The notes: generated by a model from the sequence alone, not told the origin. Positions 1 through 9,694 are shown, numbered from the stretch's first letter. The stretch: DNA of 32,000 nt from an uncultured Puniceicoccaceae bacterium (GCA_964403935.1 CAYOIB010000005.1:1-32000), one strand, 5' to 3'. Numbers and translations: made by a program.

Positions 1-389
<389 letters not shown>

Positions 390-475
390 GGTCTCCAAGA
401 TTGTCGCTTGGAATCCGCTCCGCGATCGGCTCTTCGAATCGTTGGCCCCTCAGCGAAATCGTCCTGATATCGAGT

Positions 476-506
476 CCTCACGATCCTCTGTTCGAGGGTC
501 GTGAGG
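476..506 (+). terminator. 13-bp hairpin (one G-U pair) about 87 nt downstream of thiC; possible weak terminator
   Basis: CCTCACGATCCTC (476-488), loop tgttc, GAGGGTCGTGAGG (494-506). No U-tract follows, so this is not a canonical intrinsic terminator. Confidence 0.2.
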
Positions 507-678
507 ATTCGGGCGGCGCTCACCCCGCTGCACCGTCACGCAACAGGCTCCTTTGGTTGCCCAGCGCTTGGGGTGCGGTAACCGGGACAGACTTTAGGTG
601 GCAGGCAAACCAAAGGACCTCTCCCTTCCACCATTGCTGAAGATCCCAAGCGCCTGGCCCGGTATAAATCCATTTGCT

Positions 679-699
679 GTTCCAGCAGGCGACTGGAAC
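679..699 (-). terminator. 7-bp hairpin immediately downstream of the FabZ-like gene on the minus strand
   Basis: GTTCCAG (679-685) / CTGGAAC (693-699) with a 7-nt loop, 10 nt after the stop at 709. The following minus-strand sequence is only modestly T-rich. Confidence 0.25.
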
Positions 700-708
700 C
701 CGATGCCA

Positions 709-1152
709 TCAGGTTTCCGGATCCACCATAGCCAAAGCAAACTCCACGGTCAGAGCCGGTTTTCCGTCTTTGAGAATTTTTCCCTTCATGAAGTGAAAGG
801 CACCGACCGCTTCGGTGTAAGTGGCTTCGATCTCGATGGTGTCTCCAGGAGTGACCATTCGCTTAAACCGCGCATCGCTCACCCGCGCGAGAACGGGGGT
901 CTTGCTTCCGGAATTCTTGACGCCCTCCCGTCGTTGGCGTTCGGCCATGTAGACTGCTGCCGTTTGAAAGACAGCCTCGCAAAGAAGGACGCCCGGCATA
1001 ATCGGATTTCCCGGATAATGGCCGGCGAAGTGCGCCTCCTCCGGGTTGATAAACCGGCGACAGCGCGCGGAAGTTTCTGTGACTTCAACGACTTCGTCGA
1101 TAAAGAGAAACGGCGGACGATGCGGAATATTTTCAAGGATACGAGGGTCCAT
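709..1152 (-). CDS. FabZ/FabA-like 3-hydroxyacyl-ACP dehydratase (hotdog fold)
   Basis: 147 aa. IPHRPPFLFIDEV ... HFAGHYPGNPIMPGVLLCEAVFQ reproduces the FabZ signature (catalytic His in GH[FY]P, Glu in the LxEA helix). It lies 18 nt downstream of the oxidoreductase gene. Confidence 0.85.
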   Translation of the reverse strand: MDPRILENIPHRPPFLFIDEVVEVTETSARCRRFINPEEAHFAGHYPGNPIMPGVLLCEAVFQTAAVYMAERQRREGVKNSGSKTPVLARVSDARFKRMVTPGDTIEIEATYTEAVGAFHFMKGKILKDGKPALTVEFALAMVDPET

Positions 1153-1170
1153 AAGATTTGAAAATCAGGA

Positions 1171-2649
1171 TCAGGATAAAACGGGTTTCGACATTTCACT
1201 GAGGAACTTATCGACGCGGTTCGAGGTGATCACCCCGTAATTAATCGTGCCCAACCACCCCGACATGATGATTCCAACCGAACCGGCATGGAAGAGGCCA
1301 TGGAGGTGCTCCGGGAGGGCCTGAGAGACCTTCAGCCCTTCAAACTTTGTGCCAAAGGACGTCCCACCAATGTGGCGGACGTAGCGATTGACCGTGCGGG
1401 GGGTGGCGGCTTCGAGGTGGTCGATCTTCGCTGAAATACCGGGAACAAGCCGTTCGAGGGCAGTGACAGATCCCTTGATAAGAGCCTCCTTCTCCCGTTT
1501 GTAAGCCTCGTCATTCAGGTTTATCCAATCATCCCAGCGGGCATTGATCGAGGCGACGATGGTATAGCGCGGCTCACGCAGATGAGGACGCGTGTCCGGG
1601 TAATAGAAAGAGAAGGTCCGGCTGCTGCTGCGCATGCCGGTCAGTTCTTCCATGGAGAATTGTTCCGCATCGGATGTGAAAACCAGATCCCCGCTAAACG
1701 GGATAGACTCTCCCTTGCGCAGCCCCATGTAAACCTGACAGGAACTGGTGTTCACCCGAACGGCCTCGGCTGCCTTCACAAAATCCGGATCAAACCGCTC
1801 GGGCCCTGCAAGTTTGAGGATGGTGTTTTTGATGTTCGCATTGGAGACGATCGACTGGCATCGAATCGTCCGTGGGGGTAGTTCTTCGCCCGAATTCTGG
1901 CTTTGAGCCACGACGCCGACAACCCGGTGCCTTCCGTCCTCCGCGGGCTCCGTCAGAATCTCCTTCACCAAGGCTGCCTTCCTTAATTCCACGCCATTTC
2001 GTTTCAGTTCAGCCGTCATCTTCGTGATAAGGGTATCGGTCCCTCCCTTAAAGATATAGACCCCCTTGTTCATGAAGTTTGAGAAGACGATACCATAGGT
2101 GATGGCCGGATCCTCCATTGAAGAGCCATTGGCATAGGAGATCGGCTCCATGAGGAGCCGGTGGACATCATTCCTCCCCGGGAAATAGGACTCAAACAGC
2201 TCACCAGTCGTCTGGGAGTGATCATCGTAGAAATTCATCTCCGCGAGGCGCGCGTAAAAGGCTTCCACCCGCTCCTGCTCGATTCCAAAGTCCTTCGTGA
2301 GAATCCGGGTGAAATCGGTCCGGTCGAAGGTTGTCTGGATATTCATCTGAGGATTGATGAAACGCACATCCTGCAGTTGTTGAATGCTATCTGCGATCTC
2401 ACGCGTCCAGTATTTCCGGCAGGACTTGATCATTCCTGCGGGGAACCCGTGGAGAGAAATATCGAAGATATGCCCGCCCGGCCGCTTGAACCAAGTAGCG
2501 AGACCCCCGAATTGGTAATGGTGCTCAAGCAGCAATACCCGATGACCGGCCTTGGCCAGGATATTGGCACTTGTTAAGCCACCAAGCCCGCTGCCAATGA
2601 CCACCACGTCATACGCATCATCCACACCTTCCAGCCAATCTTTTGCCAT
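1171..2649 (-). CDS. NAD(P)/FAD-dependent oxidoreductase, phytoene-desaturase (CrtI)-like family
   Basis: 492 aa. It has an N-terminal dinucleotide-binding motif, [29 protein letters not shown], followed by GG...W. Length and layout fit the CrtI/amine-oxidase superfamily. Confidence 0.85.
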   Translation of the reverse strand: MAKDWLEGVDDAYDVVVIGSGLGGLTSANILAKAGHRVLLLEHHYQFGGLATWFKRPGGHIFDISLHGFPAGMIKSCRKYWTREIADSIQQLQDVRFINPQMNIQTTFDRTDFTRILTKDFGIEQERVEAFYARLAEMNFYDDHSQTTGELFESYFPGRNDVHRLLMEPISYANGSSMEDPAITYGIVFSNFMNKGVYIFKGGTDTLITKMTAELKRNGVELRKAALVKEILTEPAEDGRHRVVGVVAQSQNSGEELPPRTIRCQSIVSNANIKNTILKLAGPERFDPDFVKAAEAVRVNTSSCQVYMGLRKGESIPFSGDLVFTSDAEQFSMEELTGMRSSSRTFSFYYPDTRPHLREPRYTIVASINARWDDWINLNDEAYKREKEALIKGSVTALERLVPGISAKIDHLEAATPRTVNRYVRHIGGTSFGTKFEGLKVSQALPEHLHGLFHAGSVGIIMSGWLGTINYGVITSNRVDKFLSEMSKPVLS

Positions 2650-2749
2650 CGTTCAAGTCGTCAAATTTACAAACCCATAGTTGTGCGAGACCCTTGCCAC
2701 GGCCGCAACCCCGAAACCTTGGATCCGCGCCAAGGGGAGGTGCGATCGC

Positions 2750-3787
2750 TCACTTTGCGCCAGAATGCCAGGAGAGACCCGCTTGGGTTGCCATGTCCTG
2801 CAACCCCGGGGCGGATCGAAGGATGCTTCGGCAGGCGTTCAGCGCGAGCGAGCAGGTGGCGGTATCACCATTCACCCCGCCGGCAATGATGGAATCGATC
2901 CGAGGCTCTCCCTCAATCCGGATCCGATCCTGGGGTTCTTTGAAGCCGACTGCAGCGCGAAAATCCAGTGTGATGACCTCGTGTCCGTCGCTAAAGCCCC
3001 GCCCGGTTTGTCTGACGCCAAGCGCATGTCCCACCGGAACGGAAAGCAGGCCATCCTCCCATGGCTCAAACGCCAGGATGGGTTCGATTATATCTTCGGT
3101 GCGGTCCAACTTCCAGCCGAGCTGGGAAGCAATCAGGTGGATCGATTCAACGAGGCCCACATGCCGCAGCACACCTTCCTGAACGCGCGCAGCAAAGGCT
3201 TCAGGGCTCAACCCGGCACCAATTTTGCGTTGAAAAGGGAGCCGGCGACAGGAGGCATCCTGGTACCTCGAGATATGCAACGCGTCCACTCGATGGCAAA
3301 GCGCTGTCAGTGTTTGCGGAAGAAAATCCATTAGAAAGCCTGGATTGACTCCCGTCCCAAGCACCGCCCGGCCGGCTTCGATCGCCCTCCGATGAATCCG
3401 CCCGGCTGCGGCGGCGTCGCGTGCCCAGGGATAGATCAGCTCCTCGCAGGTCGAGACCACATGCGCCCCTCCAGCCAGAGCCTGGGCCACCTGAGACTCG
3501 ATCCGAATGAGGTCCGAAACGGTCATAATCAGGCATACATCGGGATGGGCCGACGCCACGGCGGCCTGAAGATCATCTTGGACCCAAAGACCTGTGGTCG
3601 CCCCTCCACCGAGCAACTCATCCAACTTTCTTCCGACCAGCGCCGGATCCTTGTCGACCACCCCAACCAGCTTAAACTCTGGGCGTGTCAAAAGGAGACG
3701 CAGGGTCATCAACCCCAATGGGCCCAAGCCACACTGGAGAAGGGTCACGGCATCACCGGGCGTTTCGATCCTATCTTTCCGGGACAT
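2750..3787 (-). CDS. NAD(P)-dependent amine dehydrogenase / DapB-N-domain family protein
   Basis: I place the start at ATG 3787 (MSRKDRIE...) rather than the track start at 3913. Supporting motifs are the Rossmann motif LLQCGLGPLGLMTL, VVSTCEELIYPW, VLGTGVNPGFLMD and RKIGAGLSPEAF ... HVGLVESIHLIA, typical of 2,4-diaminopentanoate-dehydrogenase-like AmDH proteins. Confidence 0.8.
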   Translation of the reverse strand: MSRKDRIETPGDAVTLLQCGLGPLGLMTLRLLLTRPEFKLVGVVDKDPALVGRKLDELLGGGATTGLWVQDDLQAAVASAHPDVCLIMTVSDLIRIESQVAQALAGGAHVVSTCEELIYPWARDAAAAGRIHRRAIEAGRAVLGTGVNPGFLMDFLPQTLTALCHRVDALHISRYQDASCRRLPFQRKIGAGLSPEAFAARVQEGVLRHVGLVESIHLIASQLGWKLDRTEDIIEPILAFEPWEDGLLSVPVGHALGVRQTGRGFSDGHEVITLDFRAAVGFKEPQDRIRIEGEPRIDSIIAGGVNGDTATCSLALNACRSILRSAPGLQDMATQAGLSWHSGAK

Positions 3788-3977
3788 CTTCCCGACACAA
3801 AATACACGAAAGGGGCATGGCGAGTCGCGACTGCCATCGACGTCTGCAAAGCATTCCAAACAAGGGATTCGCCTTAGGCCGCCTACGCATGGCACCCAAT
3901 CCCTTCCGAACACAGGCTGAAATCCGTCCTGCCGGTTGCATTTTGGTGGATTCTAGCTTTCTCATACACTCTAGACA

Positions 3978-3992
3978 GGAAATAATATTTCC
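3978..3992. promoter_or_regulatory. Perfect 15-bp palindrome GGAAATA-A-TATTTCC in a divergent intergenic region
   Basis: A 7+1+7 perfect inverted repeat in an AT-rich patch, 42-56 nt upstream of the DUF1328 ATG (4034) and about 190 nt upstream of the divergent AmDH-like gene. Confidence 0.3.
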
Positions 3993-4033
3993 AGATCTTT
4001 TCACAAAAGCGAACCACAAACATAAGGAACACC

Positions 4034-4213
4034 ATGCTCTACTGGGCCGCCGTTTTTTTTATTATTGCCCTTGTCGCAGCCATCTTCGGCTTCGGCGGTG
4101 TGGCCGAAGCTTCGTTGGGCATCGCGAAGGTGCTCTTCTTTATCTTTATCATTCTCTTCATTATTTCGCTCGTTGTCGGCTTGGGACGAAGGGGCCGAAC
4201 CCCGCCGGTGTAA
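4034..4213 (+). CDS. DUF1328 / UPF0391 (YtjA-like) small membrane protein, 59 aa
   Basis: Not in the ORF track because it is under 60 aa. ATG 4034 to TAA 4211-4213 translates to MLYWAAVFFIIALVAAIFGFGGVAEASLGIAKVLFFIFIILFIISLVVGLGRRGRTPPV. This shows the family hallmark: two TM helices around an LGFGG..A.....AK motif. Confidence 0.8.
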   Translation: MLYWAAVFFIIALVAAIFGFGGVAEASLGIAKVLFFIFIILFIISLVVGLGRRGRTPPV

Positions 4214-4259
4214 CTGCCCGTCCCCCTGCCTCACCCCCGATCAATCTTAAGTGTCCAAT

Positions 4260-4769
4260 ATGAAAAACCTGAAACCCATTCAAAAGATAACTACGCTCAC
4301 CTCGCTCCTTCTGGTGCTGGGTCTAACAGCTGGCTGCCCTGAACGGACGGTCCCGGAAGAACCGGCTGGAAACAATACCGCCACCCCCCAGGCGACCACG
4401 ACCAGCCCTCAGTCCACTGAGCTGGGTGGAGAAGGCGGCGGCCGTTTCAGCCAAGCTGCCAATGCTGCCCGAGAGAACGTGGGGAACATTGCCTCCCAGA
4501 CCCGCGAGCAACTGCTCGTTGCCTACGAACAGAACCGCGATGAATTCGAAGATCGTATTTCCGCGCTGAAGGAAGAAGCGGACGAAGCGAATGTCGAAGG
4601 CAACAATCGTTTTGAGCAGGAAATGGATCACCTGGAAGAGGCGTGGGACAACTTCGAGAACCTGGTCGATGATGGCGTCGATGCATCCGAGGATGCACTC
4701 TCGTCTGCATGGACTCAGCTGACGCAAGCCTATGAAGAGGCACGCCGTGCCCTCACTGAAGCTCGTTAA
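4260..4769 (+). CDS. Putative lipoprotein, acidic helical C-terminal part, function unknown
   Basis: MKNLKPIQKITTLTSLLLVLGLTAGC is a signal peptide with a lipobox-like LTAG|C. It is followed by a T/P/Q-rich linker and an E/D-rich helical region. The track start GTG 4251 is an alternative. Confidence 0.65.
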   Translation: MKNLKPIQKITTLTSLLLVLGLTAGCPERTVPEEPAGNNTATPQATTTSPQSTELGGEGGGRFSQAANAARENVGNIASQTREQLLVAYEQNRDEFEDRISALKEEADEANVEGNNRFEQEMDHLEEAWDNFENLVDDGVDASEDALSSAWTQLTQAYEEARRALTEAR

Positions 4770-6892
4770 CCCAATTGATCATTGGAAGGCATTTCCAGGA
4801 AGTCCGCGTAACGCTTCTTCCAGTCTTCCAGTTTCTTTAAATATGTAACAGTGTCATAAGGTGCCAGTATGGGATCATACTCGGCGAGGAGGGCGGATCG
4901 TTGCCAGTCAGCGGTCCGCCCTTTCTCTTTGGGCAACAGATAATAGCTCACACGGGCACCGGCTCCTGGGGGTGGTTTCATTCGCCCCGCGACTTCCAGG
5001 GCTGCCCGCCTCGGCTTCCCTGCCTTGGCAACCCGATCCACGTAAGTGCTGTGAGACGTACTGAGGTGCTCGGTCTTTGCGAGCTGTTCGACAGGAAAGC
5101 TCTGGCTTGATATCTCAACCTTCAATTGCTCGAAACGAACCAGGGGCGATATCTCTGAAGCGCCCAGCAACCAGGCGATCATCTGATCTGTCAACTCGAG
5201 AAGAAAAGGTTCCATCCCCCGCGACCGGAGGGCGGAACCCCGGACAATGACATGCGTCCCATCGAAGAGCGCATAGTTCTTCGCCTTGTAACAGAACATT
5301 GCCGGATAGCTTCCATCGCACTCCAGATCAATGCCCTCGGGCAGCCAAGCTCGGGCGGCAGCTAGAAGCTCATCGGGATCGCGACCAGAAGTACTTATAT
5401 AGAGACCATCGGTATCTGCCTCCAGAACCTCACAACCCAAGCCGCTGAAGCCCTCGATCAACGTGTGAAGCAGGTTCCGACCCTGCCGCGTCACCTCCGC
5501 GGCAAGAGCACCATCGCCAAAGCGTGCGTTGCCAAATCCAAGATAGCCGTAAAATGAATTGATCAGGATCTTGAAGGCCTGTTGCCGTGTGTCGGCTTCG
5601 CGCCGGATTACAGGATCAAGACCTTCGGCAGCAAGAGTCTTATAGTGAAGACGGTAGCTCCGAAGCTCAGCCAGCAAGGGGATGAAAAGTTTAAGGTGAT
5701 CTGTCTTCGGGTTCCGTCCCATCAGCAGCAACAGGCTGGGGTAAAGCGATGTGACATCGAAATGAAGCACGTCACGAAAGATCCCCGTGACAAAACTTTT
5801 TGAGAATCCACCCTCAAAGGATCCGATCACTGGCACCTCAGGCAGCGAAGCCGAAGCCTTGAAGTAACGTTCCAAAAGCAACGCCTCCACTTTCTGAGCG
5901 GATCCGCGCAAGCACACCTCCTGCAATAACATGGGGAAAGCCTGCGCCTGCGCAAAATAGGTCGGCAAAAGCAACTCGCTAAGCTCGCCGATCAACCGCA
6001 ACCGCCCCTCGACGTTGAGAGCCGGATCCTGTTCGTTTTTGCCGGATCCTGTCCGCGATGGTTTCCCCTGAGCACCAAAGCCAAAATAGGCGGCGACGGA
6101 CCCAAGGCCGTAGTCTGGAAGCTCACGGGCCGAAACATCCCAAGCCTGAGCGGCAAGAAAGGTGTCGAAGACAGTCCGCCCCGGCAATTCACAGCGGATG
6201 TAATCGACCCAGCGTTCGGCAAAGCGGATCCTGCTTTTACGGACGCGTGCCTCCGCTCCAAAACGCCCCCACAACCGCGGGACCCGAACCCGGCGGGCTC
6301 GCCGGACAAGGGCTTCGAGATCAAAGTTGAACAGGTCGTGTCCTTCGACAACATCCGGATCCCACGCAACCAACAGCTCACCAAACTCCTTGAGCAGCAG
6401 CCTTTCAGCGGCGTCCGTCATCGATTCAATTCGAAGGACGCGCACGCCTGCGTCCCAGGAGGCGCAAAGCCCAATCGCCGCCACACGTGATTCCGTTTGC
6501 TCCGGATTCGAACGATCCTCAACGACCTCGACGGCAACCTGACATCGCCTCAGGTCGCTAAAGTTCGACCCCGCAAAGATGCGTTCACCCGAGGCCATGA
6601 GCACCTGGTGCTCGTAAGGGCGGACAACTTCAGTGAAGCCATTCTCCGAGGCGCGAAGACCCGGCTCGAAGATATCCGGAGGCGCACTGATCCGATGTCC
6701 GAAAGGCCCGGGACCATCGAGCTCGACAACCTCCCACCCTTCAGCGGGAGATCTGTCGCGCGCCCATGCAAAAGGGACGAAGGCTGATGTCTCGGACCGG
6801 ACCTCACCCGTACCGCTCCGGAAGGCGCGGTGGACGCAGGCAGCATGGCTATTAACCCACAAGCCGACCAAGGTGCCCCCGCTCGTTCCCAT
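4766..6892 (-). CDS. polB: Family B DNA polymerase, Pol II-like (708 aa)
   Basis: Motif A is HFDVTSLYPSLL (nt 5735-5758), motif B is KILINSFYGYLG (5546-5572), motif C is ADTDGLYI (DTDG at 5405-5416), followed by a KAKNYAL (KxY) motif. The DPDVVEGHDLFNFDL block aligns with Pol II Exo II. The C-terminal tail resembles the E. coli Pol II end. Confidence 0.9.
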   Translation of the reverse strand: MGTSGGTLVGLWVNSHAACVHRAFRSGTGEVRSETSAFVPFAWARDRSPAEGWEVVELDGPGPFGHRISAPPDIFEPGLRASENGFTEVVRPYEHQVLMASGERIFAGSNFSDLRRCQVAVEVVEDRSNPEQTESRVAAIGLCASWDAGVRVLRIESMTDAAERLLLKEFGELLVAWDPDVVEGHDLFNFDLEALVRRARRVRVPRLWGRFGAEARVRKSRIRFAERWVDYIRCELPGRTVFDTFLAAQAWDVSARELPDYGLGSVAAYFGFGAQGKPSRTGSGKNEQDPALNVEGRLRLIGELSELLLPTYFAQAQAFPMLLQEVCLRGSAQKVEALLLERYFKASASLPEVPVIGSFEGGFSKSFVTGIFRDVLHFDVTSLYPSLLLLMGRNPKTDHLKLFIPLLAELRSYRLHYKTLAAEGLDPVIRREADTRQQAFKILINSFYGYLGFGNARFGDGALAAEVTRQGRNLLHTLIEGFSGLGCEVLEADTDGLYISTSGRDPDELLAAARAWLPEGIDLECDGSYPAMFCYKAKNYALFDGTHVIVRGSALRSRGMEPFLLELTDQMIAWLLGASEISPLVRFEQLKVEISSQSFPVEQLAKTEHLSTSHSTYVDRVAKAGKPRRAALEVAGRMKPPPGAGARVSYYLLPKEKGRTADWQRSALLAEYDPILAPYDTVTYLKKLEDWKKRYADFLEMPSNDQLG

Positions 6893-6897
6893 ATCAA

Positions 6898-7674
6898 TCA
6901 GTGGACGCTGCCGCCCTTCAGGGTGATTTTTTCCGGGGCTTCATGAACGGGAACATTCGGTGCCTTAGTGATGTTCGTCCAACGGTGCGTCGGAGCAGCC
7001 CATTTTGCCGCATTGAAGAGGACGCGTTTGATATCGGCGTTTTTGAAAATCGGATAAGTCTCATGCCCCGGGCGGAAGTAAAAGATCCGCCCCTGCCCCC
7101 GTCGCCAGCAATTACCACTACGGAAAACCTCTCCCCCTTCAAACCAGCTAATGAAAACCTGTTCCTCCGGCTCGGGGATGGAGAAAGGTTCGCCGTACAT
7201 TTCTGTATTTGGAAGTTCGATACACCCGCTGATTCCCTCCGCAATCGGGTGTGCCGGGTTGATCACCCAAAGCCGTTCGCGCTCACCAGCCTCACGCCAT
7301 TTCAAGGCACAGGGCGTCCCCATCAAGCGTTTGAAAATCTTGGAAAAATGGCCCGAGTGCAGCACGATAAGCCCCATGCCTTCATGGACCTTGGCGGCAA
7401 CCCGCTCGACGATCGCATCATCGACCTTTTGATGTGCGGTGTGGCCCCACCAGTAGAGGACATCGGTTGCCGCGAGAACCTCCTCTGTGAGACCGTGCTC
7501 CGGCTGGTCCAGCGTCGCCGTCCGAATTTCCAGCCTGTTGTCGGTGTCCAGCTCCTTCAGGCCCTCGCGGATCGTTTCATGGATGCCGTTTGGATAGATG
7601 CTCTTGACCAGTTCATTGTCCCGCTCGTGGACGAATTCATTCCAGATGGTGATACGGATTGGGGATTTCATCAT
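6898..7674 (-). CDS. ThuA-domain (trehalose-utilisation-like) protein
   Basis: 258 aa. Matching blocks are [65 protein letters not shown] and [12 protein letters not shown], giving a ThuA-family match along the whole length. Confidence 0.9.
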   Translation of the reverse strand: MMKSPIRITIWNEFVHERDNELVKSIYPNGIHETIREGLKELDTDNRLEIRTATLDQPEHGLTEEVLAATDVLYWWGHTAHQKVDDAIVERVAAKVHEGMGLIVLHSGHFSKIFKRLMGTPCALKWREAGERERLWVINPAHPIAEGISGCIELPNTEMYGEPFSIPEPEEQVFISWFEGGEVFRSGNCWRRGQGRIFYFRPGHETYPIFKNADIKRVLFNAAKWAAPTHRWTNITKAPNVPVHEAPEKITLKGGSVH

Positions 7675-7740
7675 CTGTGTTCTGCACTCACCGGAGGTGT
7701 GAAGTCCAGCCCATTGAACCCCTCACCGCCCCTTTCCGGC

Positions 7741-9534
7741 TCAAAAAGACCAGAATAAAGGAATAACGATCATGGAGACAATGAAAGCGACGAAATTGAG
7801 CGGAATCCCAATCCGGGCAAAATCGCTGAAACGATAGCCACCCACACCATAGACATAGGTATTGGTTTGATAGCCAATCGGCGTGGCAAAACTGGCTGAA
7901 GCCGCGATCGCAATGGCCATCAGGAAGGGACGGGGGTCGATCTCCATCATCTGGGCAAGACCGATCGCGACCGACGTAAGAAGAACGGCCACCGCGTTGT
8001 TCGAAAGAACCTCCGTCAGGATACTTGTGAGGAGGTAAATGCCCACCAAGAGCGCAAATGGCTGCCAAGGCTCAGAAACAAAGGTCGAAACGGAGGCAAC
8101 CAGTTGCTGCCCCAGCCAGGCGGACGTCCCGGTCGACTCCATAGCGGCCCCCACCCCCAGCATCCCGAAAATAAGAAAGAGGATGGGCCAATGTATCGCT
8201 TCATAGGCTTCCTTCGTTGTCACGCAGCCCGTCAGAAGCAGTAGGACACATCCAATAATCGCGGCAGGAGCGATCGGCATGATGCCCACGCTAGCCGCCA
8301 CCACAACTCCGGCAATAACCCCCAGAATCAACGGCAATTTTTGGCGCCGGGCGACACTCGCAACGGCAGGCTTGTCCAAGACAATAAGGTCCTCACCGCC
8401 TCGAAGCTGGTCCACCGCTTCGGTTGTGCCGAGGAGGAGGAGTGTATCCCCATGTTCGAGCGTTATCCTGTCAAAGGAATCCCGCATGTTTCGGCCTCTT
8501 CGGTGAATGGCCAAGGGAGCCAGGCGATAACGTTGTCTGAAATTGACGTTTCGCAACGCCTCACCCACGAGGTCCGAATTTGCTCCCAAGACAGCTTCGA
8601 TGAGGACACCTTCCGAGAGGCTGATCCCCGTGAGTCCTTCTCCCAGCGCATCCCGAAGATCCAATCCTTCCGAAGGAACACCCGCTGCCACCTTCGGGGA
8701 CATAGACAGCAACAAGCGGTCACCGGCCTGGAGAATCGCCTCGTTCCCCGGAAGATTGAGGCGCACCCCCCGCCGCAGGATTTCCAAGATCCGCAGCCTC
8801 CGCCCACCGGCACGGGTCACTTCTTCCAGTGTCTTTCCGATCAGCGGGGATTTCTTATCGACGAACGCTTCAATCAGGTATTCCCGGCGCTCTGCCTCCG
8901 TCAGAATCGATGAAAGGGTTTCGCGAACCGGAAGCAGACGCGGACCAAAAATCGTCAGAAAGAGAGTTCCCGCAATAAGAAGGGGGATACCGATGACCGC
9001 GAGTTCAAACATGCCAAAGGCCGAATAACCCGCCTGTACCGCCATCGAGCTCACAATAATATTCGTGCTCGTTCCGATCAGCGTGCAGGAACCGCCAAAG
9101 ATGGAGGCGTAGGAAAGCGGAATGAGAAGCTTCGAAGCCGGCACCTGCATTCTCTGGGCGAGACTGAGGACCACCGGCAAAAACACGATCACCACAGGCG
9201 TGTTATTGACGAATGCTGAAGCGAAGGCGACGACGAGGATCATCGCGGGCAAGACCGTCCGCAGACTCATCTTGGGCAAGCGGGTCAATCCGCCGGCAAT
9301 CACGTCAATCGCCCCGCACCGATCCAGCGCAGCGCTGAGAATGAACATCGCCCCGACCGCAATGGGACCGGGATTGGAAAAGACCGCGAGGGCATCCGCC
9401 GGTGCCAGAAGTCCAAGAACCAGCAGCAAGGCAAAGGCGCCCATCGCCGTTAGCTCCGAAGGGATCTTTTCCCACACGAAAGCGATCAGGATACCGCCCA
9501 ACAGGACCAACATGAATGCGATAGGCCACGTCAT
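7741..9534 (-). CDS. SLC13/DASS-family anion transporter with two internal TrkA-C (RCK-C) domains
   Basis: I place the start at ATG 9534 ([14 protein letters not shown]...). The longer track ORF extends antisense into hemF. The protein is multi-TM with FVNNTPVV and [12 protein letters not shown] motifs. Two TrkA-C-like repeats are present (..[19 protein letters not shown].. and ..[23 protein letters not shown]..). Confidence 0.9.
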   Translation of the reverse strand: MTWPIAFMLVLLGGILIAFVWEKIPSELTAMGAFALLLVLGLLAPADALAVFSNPGPIAVGAMFILSAALDRCGAIDVIAGGLTRLPKMSLRTVLPAMILVVAFASAFVNNTPVVIVFLPVVLSLAQRMQVPASKLLIPLSYASIFGGSCTLIGTSTNIIVSSMAVQAGYSAFGMFELAVIGIPLLIAGTLFLTIFGPRLLPVRETLSSILTEAERREYLIEAFVDKKSPLIGKTLEEVTRAGGRRLRILEILRRGVRLNLPGNEAILQAGDRLLLSMSPKVAAGVPSEGLDLRDALGEGLTGISLSEGVLIEAVLGANSDLVGEALRNVNFRQRYRLAPLAIHRRGRNMRDSFDRITLEHGDTLLLLGTTEAVDQLRGGEDLIVLDKPAVASVARRQKLPLILGVIAGVVVAASVGIMPIAPAAIIGCVLLLLTGCVTTKEAYEAIHWPILFLIFGMLGVGAAMESTGTSAWLGQQLVASVSTFVSEPWQPFALLVGIYLLTSILTEVLSNNAVAVLLTSVAIGLAQMMEIDPRPFLMAIAIAASASFATPIGYQTNTYVYGVGGYRFSDFARIGIPLNFVAFIVSMIVIPLFWSF

Positions 9535-9694
9535 TTGGGGTGCCACTCGAATCAGAAACAGGCAGACCGGCGAGAAAGAAATCCACCGGCTCTCCGGGAG
9601 GGGCACTTCCCCGCAGGCAAGGAGCACGCGGTGCCGCCTTTGGCGTTGCACGGGGGCGGAAGGGGTGGTTGCTTGCCTTCCCGTGCAATCACCT

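Noticed and set aside
401-640. 79-aa plus ORF (TTG start) in the thiC / FabZ-like spacer
   Set aside because: It has a non-ATG start, no codon-bias signal, an S/R/P-rich sequence and no motif. I treat the region as non-coding and possibly structured RNA instead.
4766-6892. Possibility that the PolB marks a casposon, pipolin or other self-synthesising mobile element
   Set aside because: I could see no Cas1, integrase, terminal inverted repeats, tRNA target or direct repeats nearby. Motif B is the canonical KxxxNSxYG of RNA/DNA-primed Pol II-type enzymes, and the flanking genes are ordinary metabolic genes.
6901-7758. 285-aa plus-strand ORF
   Set aside because: It is antisense to the strongly supported ThuA-like gene and has no motifs.
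9122-9694. 5' part of the 500-aa plus ORF containing hemF
   Set aside because: This part is antisense to the transporter gene and has no HemF similarity. HemF homology begins near GTG 9695.
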